In this document: piece after piece, positions 9,665-18,963 of the stretch | Layout: the number at the start of each line of letters is the position of its first letter | Position numbering within the stretch: position 1 is the stretch's first letter | Assembly: GCA_946965045.2 (NCBI GenBank) | Contig: OX337228.1 | Span: 3,534,001 to 3,598,000 of the forward strand | Direction of reading: 5' to 3' | Length of the DNA: 64,000 nucleotides | DNA from: Epithemia pelagica | Taxonomy: Eukaryota > Protista > Bacillariophyta | Translations under genes and position numbers: made by a program | Notes under the pieces: generated by a model | The model's database searches: none | Told to the model about the DNA's origin: nothing | What the model saw: only the letters and a program-made list of their open reading frames with translations

Positions 9665-10590
9665 GTCAAATCGTCAGCCTGCCTTCGATCGTTGAAATCT
9701 GAACGCCGGCCTCGCCTCGTATTTTGTGCCATGAATCGTCTCACTTCTCAGTTTTCGACGAACCACAAGAAATGACAATGGGGCTGCAACAAAATCGAAC
9801 AATCCAGCAAAATGAATGACCATAGCATGAATACTACTGTCAAGATCTACCCCCTGGATCATCAGTAAACGCGGCAATCAACCGAATGAGAAGAAGGATG
9901 AAAAATGACAAGATGACAATCAACCAGTGTGTGGAGGACATCACAGTCTAAGGAAGGACACAATACAATGGATAGGGCCAGGAAGCCTAAACAAATAGGA
10001 GGAGTACCTAGATACACATAGAGTTGACTATGCTTGTATTTTAGTTGCAGTCAATGTACTAAGAGCTTTCCTTGTTGTGGGCCATTGCCACTTGTCTTGT
10101 GTTTGTGCATGTTTTTTTCTGTTTCACGTGTGTGTTCACTGTTCATCCTTGTGTGGGATTTCTTTGCGTCGTGCTCCGTATCAAGCCAAAGCCAGGGCGA
10201 AGCGCGCGAAGCCAGTTATGACAGTTGCTATGGACGTTATAATTTCTGCTTTTAGAGAAAAAAACTGAGTTATAATTTCAAGTAAAAACTAAAATGAAAA
10301 AAGAAAAATGTCGGATGGATGACAGAAGTTATACACCCGCCGGATCGGACAGTTATTGGTCTAGAATACTTTTGGTGTTGCTAAGCGGCCGTATACCCCC
10401 AAGCAGGGGTGAATAGACGGGTCGCACATGTGTCGTGAATTCGAGGTGCAAAGTCTTATTCACCCCCACGGCGCGAGGAAAGTGAAGGCCCTACTTCATT
10501 TGCGTGTTATTCTGAAAGAGTCCCTACCAGTACTCTGTGTACCAGCCCAAGCGTAGAGTGAATTGTGACCCTGAAGAGGACCGATCCACC

Positions 10591-10936
10591 ATGGTGGAAG
10601 AGTCTCCCAACGGCATGGATTTGGACGATGTAAGCACGTCGACACCCACCGCCGCGAACCAAGAGCCGGTTAAGTACGAAGGAGAAGAAAAGGACTACGT
10701 TGTCAAGTTTGTGTTTCGTCCAGAGGACGATGAAAACACCGAAATTGCCAACACACATTACAAGACGTTACAAATCATCATGAAGGTCTTTCCCGAAGTG
10801 GAAATATACAATAACTACGGTCAGAGCAAGAAAGCTTTTCGCAAGCTTCTTTCACATAACGATTATCGCAGGAACTTCAAACTTCATTTCTCAAAAGGAA
10901 ATCGCAAGAAAAGTCGCTCCCCCATGTATGTTGCTT
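10591..10936 (+). pseudogene. LINE ORF1, fragment 1 of 3
   Basis: ATG at 10591; reads ...SRSPMYVA and continues as LHRIRSK at 16928 after removing copia-1 and one TGCTT TSD copy. Confidence 0.75.
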
Positions 10937-11659
10937 TGGCAGAATTCTCACCAACAACTAGGTGGTGGTGGAATCTACAACTCATCGACTGATGTTAGTA
11001 TTTTATGGCATCCGATGACATTTTTGTAAAAGTGAGAAAAGAATGACGGCATGCTCGCAGACCTTTAAATTCGGCCAAGGCATGCTCGCAATGCACGTGT
11101 TATGAGCGACCGATCGGATATTAATGATGGCCCAACACGTGCGCGCCCAATATTCTCAAGCGCGCGCAATCAATATTCGAGTACGCACCTCCACGACTTA
11201 GCCCAACGGCCTAAGTAACCGAAGCACGAATCACGATCACGCGAGACCATATCTCTATTCCCACAAATCGAAGAATGCAAACGGCAACGCGCCAAGAAAA
11301 CTACCTATATCACAACAAAGCAAGAGCTGTTGGCATTAGTATATGATATACAAGTGCATATACTTCCAATACACAATATCCATGTCTACTCCAACCAGAC
11401 CAGTCCTGTCAGCACCATGAATATATCAGTCATGCACCCTGGCCAGACCTGCACATCAAAACACACACCGTAGTCCTAAAGCTCACAATCTAACAATATC
11501 ACCATTTATCACATCCTCTTTTGTGTCCCGACTATCCTTTTGATAGACTACGACTTGGTTGTATCTCTGACCCGTGGAGATACTACTATCGGTTGGTGAC
11601 CTACCTGATTGTCTGCTCTACCGAGCATTATCCCCCATGAGTTTGAAAGAATTCTACTA
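10937..11659 (+). repeat. 5' LTR of copia-1
   Basis: TGGCAGAATTCT...AGAATTCTACTA; direct repeat of 16200-16922. Confidence 0.92.
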
Positions 11660-11673
11660 GATTAACAGTCTCA
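11660..11673 (+). promoter_or_regulatory. Primer-binding site of copia-1 (GATTAACAGTCTCA)
   Basis: Immediately 3' of the 5' LTR; an identical 14-mer follows the 5' LTR of copia-2. Confidence 0.7.
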
Positions 11674-12167
11674 CTGCTTATTTCCCTGCAGTTGCATTTG
11701 GAACCTCACTTACCCATCAACACCGATTACAGATTGAGATACCCCAACAAACAAGAGTTAGAGGACAAAGCTACCCAACCCAACAACAGGGCCAGCCTGG
11801 CTAAGGCTAGGGTCACCAACCCTCTCCTATTCCAGGACCTTAAGCTGCACCAGGACTCCGTGCAACTACCTTCCCAATACTCACCTGACCAGTGAACCAC
11901 TTTGTTGAGGACTACGAGCAAGACGAGCAAGCTACCACTGTTCCTGATTCCCCGGTTCAACTCGATCACCGCAACGAGTCTGGAAGAGACCAAGAATAAG
12001 TATCTTTAAGTCGTTTTCACACCAAACCAGAGACAAAACCGAGTTCCGCACATCCGGGTTACCTTTGGGACATCACAACACACATCCAGGTACTTTATAC
12101 GTGGCATATACGTGGTGCATCCAGGTTCCATCACACCACACATTAAATAAAACCAATCAAGTACTAC

Positions 12168-15100
12168 ATGGATCCTCAACCACCCAAGACACCTACGACT
12201 CCTAAGGGAGAAGATAACCAAGACAATGTCTCGAACACAGACCTATTCGACCACATCATATATACTGTCTGTCAATACTTTACCAAAGAAAGAGCTGACT
12301 ATTTAATGAAGTGGATGAAATACCATGGTTTTCAGAACATTACTCATGTTGTCTCGTACATGCAAACCAATACTGAGGAATCCATGAACGAACTTACCCA
12401 GTACAAGGTCAACAACAAGACGCATGATCTGCAAGGTCCTACAAGACAACAGATCAAGCTCTTAGCCTATTGGGCCATATACAAGACCAATGAAATTCAA
12501 GATGAGCTATCCAATAGCGACTGGATGACCCTAACAAGGAAAGAGTTCAACATTTGGAGGATCAATACAAATTTCTCCAATGGACAACCTAGCCAAGTCC
12601 CAGTCTCGCCAATGAAGTCGCCGTCATCTGTAAAATCTGTCAGCACAGTTACTGCCGCATCCCAATCTCAACAAGACCTAACGGCGTTCAGAAAGGGAAC
12701 TAAACGCGACGCAACTGCATATGAGGTATTCAAGGATGAACGATACTACGATTCATTCTGGCGTGTATTCAAGACTACAGCTAAGGCACAAGGCCTATGC
12801 AACGTTCTGAATTTCAAGTACACACCTCCCAAAGATGATGAGTATGCTGAAGAACTATTCCAAGAGCAACAAGTATTTCTTTACTCCGTTCTTGTCCGTA
12901 TTATCCAGACTGACCAAGGTCAAGCCTATGTACGTGAACATGAACATGATGAAGATGCGCGTGCCGTATTGCAGAAGTTACACTCTTTGCATACCGAATC
13001 CGACCTAGCAAAACGAGAAGTCCTCCGTTTAACCAACTACATTTCCAATCTACGTCTTGATGACACATGGCGTGGAACAACACGTCAATTTCTTCTACAC
13101 TTTCAAGAGCAGCTACGTTTGCTAGACAATCTTGTGACATTGTCTGATCGCATCCCTGATCATACCAGGATGACTTTCCTCATGCAAGCTGTAGAAAAGG
13201 TACCTGATCTCCGCCGAGTCAAGATCTTGGATAATGTGGTGAACACAAAATCCGGTGCAAAATCCCTTTGCTATCAATCATACTTTGGTCTCCTTCTAGA
13301 CGCAGCTTATGACCATGATCAAGCAACCCAGTCATCTGTTCATAGTCGCCGTCGACATGTCAAACAACATGAATCACTATATGGCCAAGATACAGATGCT
13401 GACTTAACCCCACAAGATGATATGGAGTATCATGTCCACAACACTAACGTGACATCTGAATCCCCATCCTCTTCGTCCAAGGTTAGTCTACCGCGTGACC
13501 TATGGTTCAAACTTTCTGAAGAAGATTGCAAGTTGATCATTGAGTATAACAAGATGATTCAAGCACCTTCATCAACAACACCAAGGAAAGTGCAAACACA
13601 TGCCCTCGACATTGATCCGGAACCTGATCCTGACCCCAGTCAAGAAGCTGTTTCTAAAAATGCTTCACTTGGTGCGACTTCCGAGCATCAAGATGAGTCA
13701 GATCCAGTTACACAATTCACCAACCAAGCCATGATGACTGACATCAATCATCCAGCGTCTGACTTGACCAGTGTTCTATCCAACGCCGAGTCAAAAGCAA
13801 GCAAGAAGGTTAGCCTCAAGGCCAATATGCATAAACAGGAAGGACACATACTGCACTATCTGTCTTCCAGGAAATCTACTCTCCCAGGAAACCAATTGGT
13901 TGACCGTGGTGCTAATGGAGGACTTGCTGGTTCTGACATGCGCATCCTTTCTAAGACTGGTCGTCATATATCCATTATGGGTATCGACAATCATGAGCTT
14001 ACTGAGATTCCTATTGTCACATGTGCCGCTAAGTTTGAAACCAATGATGGACCCATTATTGGCATCTTCAATGAATATGCATTCCACGGAAAAGGACAAT
14101 CGATCCATACTCCTGGACAATTCGAGCACTTTGGACATGCTGTTGATGAACGATCCGTTAAAGTTGATGGAAAACAATGCATCACAACACTTGATGGCCG
14201 TGCTATGTCTCTGCACATCAAAGAGGGACTAGCATACATTCACTCCTTAGGTATCCCCAGTGATGATGACATGGAGACATTACCTCAGATCATCTTCACA
14301 TCACCTGATACATGGGATCCTGGTGTTTTGGATCATTTGCATCCTGCCTCATCACCTGACAGTGCTTCTAAGTGGCAACAAGTCAACACTGATGGTAGTA
14401 TGACGCATTATGGGGAGTACACTGATCGTGATGTCTGTAACCTCACTCACCTTTTGGATTTACCTTACGATCATGGACCTGATACACCTTCCTTCTCCTC
14501 AGCCCTTATTGGAGACTCTTGTTCCAAACTGTACCATCAAGATCACAACATGACTGAGAAGCGTTATCCTACCGTTAAGAAGATGCCTTACGTCATCATA
14601 AACGTTTCTGGTCATCTTACTCTTCAGATCCTCAATGGTCGCCCACCCGATTTTTCCCAACCCCTTTTCTTCCTTCTCTGCGACAAGGTCTTCTCCTGTA
14701 CCGAATCTTATGCACCCTATCTTTGTCCGGATGCCTCTTCAGGGGAGGAGTCACTTCCAAATAAACCCAATGACAAGCAAGCTGACACCGTTTTCATTTG
14801 TAGCAAAGGTGAAGATTCATCCGCACAAATGCCTACGATCAAGAACTGCGACAAAATTTTTGGACAAGCGTTTCCTTACAAACCAGCAGAGGGAAATGGG
14901 GAGCAACAACAAGCATGTATAATCCAACATGTCAATTTAGAACAAGACGCTTTCAAGCAAGAAGCATGTATCAAGAAGTATATTTTCTGCAAACACAATT
15001 CCTATATTGACAAGAAGGTGATCTCATGCAGTCAACTTGTGGAATACAATGGACAGGACAACCAGGAACAGGCAACTGACAATGTTGTTTTCCAATTCAG

Positions 15101-15734
15101 AGATATTGTCATACATGAAGGACCTTTGAGCAGTAACAACAACCCTGACTACAAAGGGAGTCGCTGGAATGTACTTGTTGATTGGGAGACTGGGGAGATG
15201 ATCTTTGAGCCTCCAACACCCACCATAACCATTGTCTATGGCAAGAAACATGACCTACTGAATGAACTTGGATGGAAGCATTTCAAGCATTTTGTCAAGA
15301 TCAGTGAATGCCTCATTCAAGCTGCTAAACAGCAGTCAAGAATCAAGCAGCTCAGTTTTTTTGTCAAGTACAAGTTTGGTTACCCACACGTTCCACAGAC
15401 ACACAAAGAATCAATTGTTTTAGACAAGCAACATGGCAAAAACAAGTGGCAAGACACTACCGATTTTGGACCCTCACAGATTCAATCACTCAAGACATTG
15501 AAGGATCATGATCAAGTTCAAGTCCATCTTGGGAAAATGTTAGATGCACAAGAAGAGTATCACAACAAGATTCAAGTCTATCTTGTGAAACATGATGATA
15601 GATGCAAGGCACTTCTTGTCACGTGTGAACATTTTACCAAAGAACCAGTTGAGGCAATCTGTCCATGTGCTATTTCCTTGTGCAACTTCCATACTACCAT
15701 CTACCTTGGGCCTCTCAATGATATGGATATATAA
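12168..15734 (+). CDS. Gag-protease fused to a degenerate pol remnant (1188 aa)
   Basis: Gag is about 90% identical by eye to copia-2 gag; protease LVDRGANGG; the downstream part aligns only patchily to copia-2 pol, with the integrase core missing. Confidence 0.8.
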   Translation: MDPQPPKTPTTPKGEDNQDNVSNTDLFDHIIYTVCQYFTKERADYLMKWMKYHGFQNITHVVSYMQTNTEESMNELTQYKVNNKTHDLQGPTRQQIKLLAYWAIYKTNEIQDELSNSDWMTLTRKEFNIWRINTNFSNGQPSQVPVSPMKSPSSVKSVSTVTAASQSQQDLTAFRKGTKRDATAYEVFKDERYYDSFWRVFKTTAKAQGLCNVLNFKYTPPKDDEYAEELFQEQQVFLYSVLVRIIQTDQGQAYVREHEHDEDARAVLQKLHSLHTESDLAKREVLRLTNYISNLRLDDTWRGTTRQFLLHFQEQLRLLDNLVTLSDRIPDHTRMTFLMQAVEKVPDLRRVKILDNVVNTKSGAKSLCYQSYFGLLLDAAYDHDQATQSSVHSRRRHVKQHESLYGQDTDADLTPQDDMEYHVHNTNVTSESPSSSSKVSLPRDLWFKLSEEDCKLIIEYNKMIQAPSSTTPRKVQTHALDIDPEPDPDPSQEAVSKNASLGATSEHQDESDPVTQFTNQAMMTDINHPASDLTSVLSNAESKASKKVSLKANMHKQEGHILHYLSSRKSTLPGNQLVDRGANGGLAGSDMRILSKTGRHISIMGIDNHELTEIPIVTCAAKFETNDGPIIGIFNEYAFHGKGQSIHTPGQFEHFGHAVDERSVKVDGKQCITTLDGRAMSLHIKEGLAYIHSLGIPSDDDMETLPQIIFTSPDTWDPGVLDHLHPASSPDSASKWQQVNTDGSMTHYGEYTDRDVCNLTHLLDLPYDHGPDTPSFSSALIGDSCSKLYHQDHNMTEKRYPTVKKMPYVIINVSGHLTLQILNGRPPDFSQPLFFLLCDKVFSCTESYAPYLCPDASSGEESLPNKPNDKQADTVFICSKGEDSSAQMPTIKNCDKIFGQAFPYKPAEGNGEQQQACIIQHVNLEQDAFKQEACIKKYIFCKHNSYIDKKVISCSQLVEYNGQDNQEQATDNVVFQFRDIVIHEGPLSSNNNPDYKGSRWNVLVDWETGEMIFEPPTPTITIVYGKKHDLLNELGWKHFKHFVKISECLIQAAKQQSRIKQLSFFVKYKFGYPHVPQTHKESIVLDKQHGKNKWQDTTDFGPSQIQSLKTLKDHDQVQVHLGKMLDAQEEYHNKIQVYLVKHDDRCKALLVTCEHFTKEPVEAICPCAISLCNFHTTIYLGPLNDMDI

Positions 15735-16199
15735 AAAGCATACATTGGAAATGCATGCAACCTGAAAGCTTTAGCTGGGGAGAAGACCTTGATAGTCGCA
15801 AGACAAGAACTCAAGGAAATATGTCACACCTTGGTTACCTACTACAAGACCTCAAATGGATTCGATTCTTCAGGAGCACATCAACATGACTGTTTATTTG
15901 ATGTCTTTCTTGGTATGGATTTGTCACCAAGTAAAGCAATTCCCAATGTTTGGATGAAGAAAGCACCCGGGGAGGAGAGCTCTGAAGCTATCTGCAACAA
16001 CTTTACACTCAAGAATGTTGGATTTATTATCACCTGCCTCAGACGTTTTTATACACCAATCCAGAAGATGTTCTCGGCAAACATTGGAAATTCTCCACAT
16101 GATAGACGATGTCCAAGACCTTCTTCTTCCTCTGGATTGGAAACAATCACAAGAACGACAAAGGAAAATAACAATCCTCACTCGACGAATTGTGGGGAG

Positions 16200-16922
16200 T
16201 GGCAGAATTCTCACCAACAACTAGGTGGTGGTGAAATCTACAACTCATCGACTGATGTTAGTATTTTATGGCATCCGATGACATTTTCGTAAAAGTGAGA
16301 AAAGAATGACGGCATGCTCGCAGACCTTTAAATTCGGCCAAGGCATGCTCGCAATGCACGTGTTATGAGCGACCGATCGGATATTAATGATGGCCCAACA
16401 CGTGCGCGCCCAATATTCTCAAGCGCGCGCAATCAATATTCGAGTACGCACCTCCACGACTTAGCCCAACGGCCTAAGTAACCGAAGCACGAATCACAAT
16501 CACGCGAGACCATATCTCTATTCCCACAAATCGAAGAATGCAAACGGCAACGCGCCAAGAAAACTACCTATATCACAACAAAGCAAGAGCTGTTGGCATT
16601 AGTATATGATATACAAGTGCATATACTTCCAATACACAATATCCATGTCTACTCCAACCAGACCAGTCCTGTCAGCGCCATGAATATATCAGTCATGCAC
16701 CCTGGCCAGACCTGCACATCAAAACACACACCGTAGTCCTAAAGCTCACAATCTAACAATATCACCATTTATCACATCCTCTTTTGTGTCCCGACTATCC
16801 TTTTGATAGACTACGACTTGGTTGTATCTCTGACCCGTGGAGATACTACTATCGGTTGGTGACCTACCTGATTGTCTGCTCTACCGAGCATTATCCCCCA
16901 TGAGTTTGAAAGAATTCTACTA
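16200..16922 (+). repeat. 3' LTR of copia-1
   Basis: Direct repeat of 10937-11659, preceded by the PPT. Confidence 0.92.
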
Positions 16923-16927
16923 TGCTT

Positions 16928-18180
16928 TACACCGAATCCGGTCGAAGATTCCTATCAGTGAGATCCGTAAACACGCTGATGTGGCTAGTCGTCTGTCAAA
17001 AGTCAAAGGTCGAATGACTCTTCACCCCTGGTCCGAGGACGATTTGAGGATTTCCAATCTCGGATTTTTCGTCGGCATTGATCCTTCCAATGTGCTCAAT
17101 GAAGAAATGGTGGAATCTATACACAAACAAATTTTTCGCGAGACAAATATTTCCAAGAACAAGATCCCAAAGTTCATGTGCGGGTTCTCTACTCAGTTTG
17201 TCATTGACGACGAAACAAAACTTCGCACCTCTACCAAAGCATATGATATCCAATGCCGCCAAGACAACGCCAAGACACTTATCGAAATCCTTCAGAGAAC
17301 CTACATGAGAAGTCCGAATTTTATTTTTCACAAGATACGCCACATCCCTGAACAGGCCCATAACTATACAAACGCCATCCTGAAGCAGAACAGGTTCCTT
17401 GCTAACAGTCGAATTGTCCCGGTAGAAGGAGTCCATCCCGATGCAATGTTCTACGTGGCCAAAAAGTTGAGGCAAATTCCTGGAGTGGGTCGTATTGCTA
17501 AACATCGAAACACAGCATCAAGAGGACGATGGAGCGTGCATACCACAGAACTTTCATTTGACTCGGTAGTTGACAGGATTGAAGAACACATTCAGCAGTG
17601 GAACGATGAAGTTGTGCAACGAGAGAAAATTGACCTCTCTAAACAGGAAGTCAAGGAAGCCCGTGTTGCTTTTCGCTCAGACGCCTATCGACGTGCTAAG
17701 GAAGGAGAACAAGGTGGTTCTGAAGATGGTTCATTCGTCTCTTATCTGACAGCACTCAACTTGATTTATACCAATGAGGGAGTAACCAACGATGCTGTTA
17801 TCTCATCAAGCCCACCCAAAGGTTCCTCACCGGCAGCACAATCATGGAGCGCTGCTGTGGCTGTTCCATCAGTTGTTGAAACACAAACTCAACACACCGC
17901 TGCAAACAGTCAAATCTCACATGAAGAGATTGAGAATTTGAAGTCTCATAATGAAAAATTGGAAAAACATGAAGAGATTGAGAATTTGAAGTCTCATAAT
18001 GAAAAATTGGAAAAAGAGGTTGACGATCTGAAAGTTTTGTTACGACAGTTCATGGCCCGACAACAATCTCCCGATTACGCTGCGATTGCCATGATTGTTA
18101 GGGAAACCATCAAAGCTGAACGAGCACAAGACGCAACACCCCAGACAAACCCAAATCAGGGACAACAGAGAAGTAACGAT
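16928..18180 (+). pseudogene. LINE ORF1, fragment 2 of 3 (with C-terminal coiled coil)
   Basis: Open frame between the two copia elements. Fragments 1+2 total 1599 nt (533 codons) and join in frame to 26529. Confidence 0.75.
17920..18015 (+). repeat. Perfect 48-bp tandem duplication in LINE ORF1 (HEEIENLKSHNEKLEK x2)
   Basis: 17920-17967 is identical to 17968-18015. Confidence 0.95.
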
Positions 18181-18963
18181 TGTTACAATTCTTTCTGAAT
18201 CGTAGGGACATTGATGCTCGGTAGAGCAGACAATCAGGTAGGTCACCAATCGATACAAGCTTCTCAGGGTCAGAGAAGCAAGCAAGTCGTAGTCTATCAA
18301 AAGGGTAGTCGGGACACAAAAGAGGATGTGATAAATGGTGATATTGTTAGATTGTGTGTTGATTACTACAATAGGTCTACGTGAAATGTTCGGTCCTGCC
18401 AAGGGTCATGTGTCATAGGTTCTTGGCGGCAACAGGTTTGGAATAGTTGGAGTCGATTCATGTGATGTATATGACATGTATATGTGGACGGATAACATAT
18501 ACAGGGTCAACAGCTCTTGCTTTGGATTGGCATAGTTGTTTTCATGGCGCGCAGCTTGTTGACAATTTGGAGATTGTGGGAATGGAAATATGGTCTCGCG
18601 TGATCGTGTGTCGTGCTTGGGATACTTAGAGAGTTGGGTCGGATAGATGCCGACAGCGCTCGGATGTCGCTTGGGCGCGCTCGATGATTTCGGGCGCGTA
18701 CGCTTAGGGCGTTAGTATAATGTCCGAGCAACGGCCAAATTTACGTCCGTTGTAATACCGCACGACCCAGTTTAGTCTTGAGAGTGAGTTCGTCAATCTA
18801 TTCTCACTTTTCATGATTTGCGAAGAAATATAGGTCGATATAGCGCGAAGCTAGGGAACATAGCTCGAAGCTAGATGGCATGATGTGATAGCACGAGGCT
18901 ATGTGACATGGGGAATCGATGAGATGTAGAATCTAACCACCATAGACGGTGAGAATACTAACA
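18181..18963 (-). repeat. 3' LTR of copia-2
   Basis: Direct repeat of 25782-26523. Confidence 0.92.

Larger units (their letters stand above)
10937..16922 (+). mobile_element. Ty1/copia (CoDi-like) LTR retrotransposon 1, non-autonomous (gag-PR intact, IN/RT deleted and decayed, no RNase H recognised)
   Basis: 723-bp LTRs at 10937-11659 and 16200-16922, with about four substitutions seen by eye. 5-bp TSD TGCTT at 10932-10936 and 16923-16927. PPT TGTGGGGAG at 16191-16199. Confidence 0.92.

Noticed and set aside
10537-10992. Independent 151-aa gene
   Set aside because: It is LINE ORF1 fragment 1 reading into the copia-1 LTR.
11660-11673. A tRNA gene at the PBS
   Set aside because: Only 14 nt complementary to an anticodon arm; no cloverleaf.
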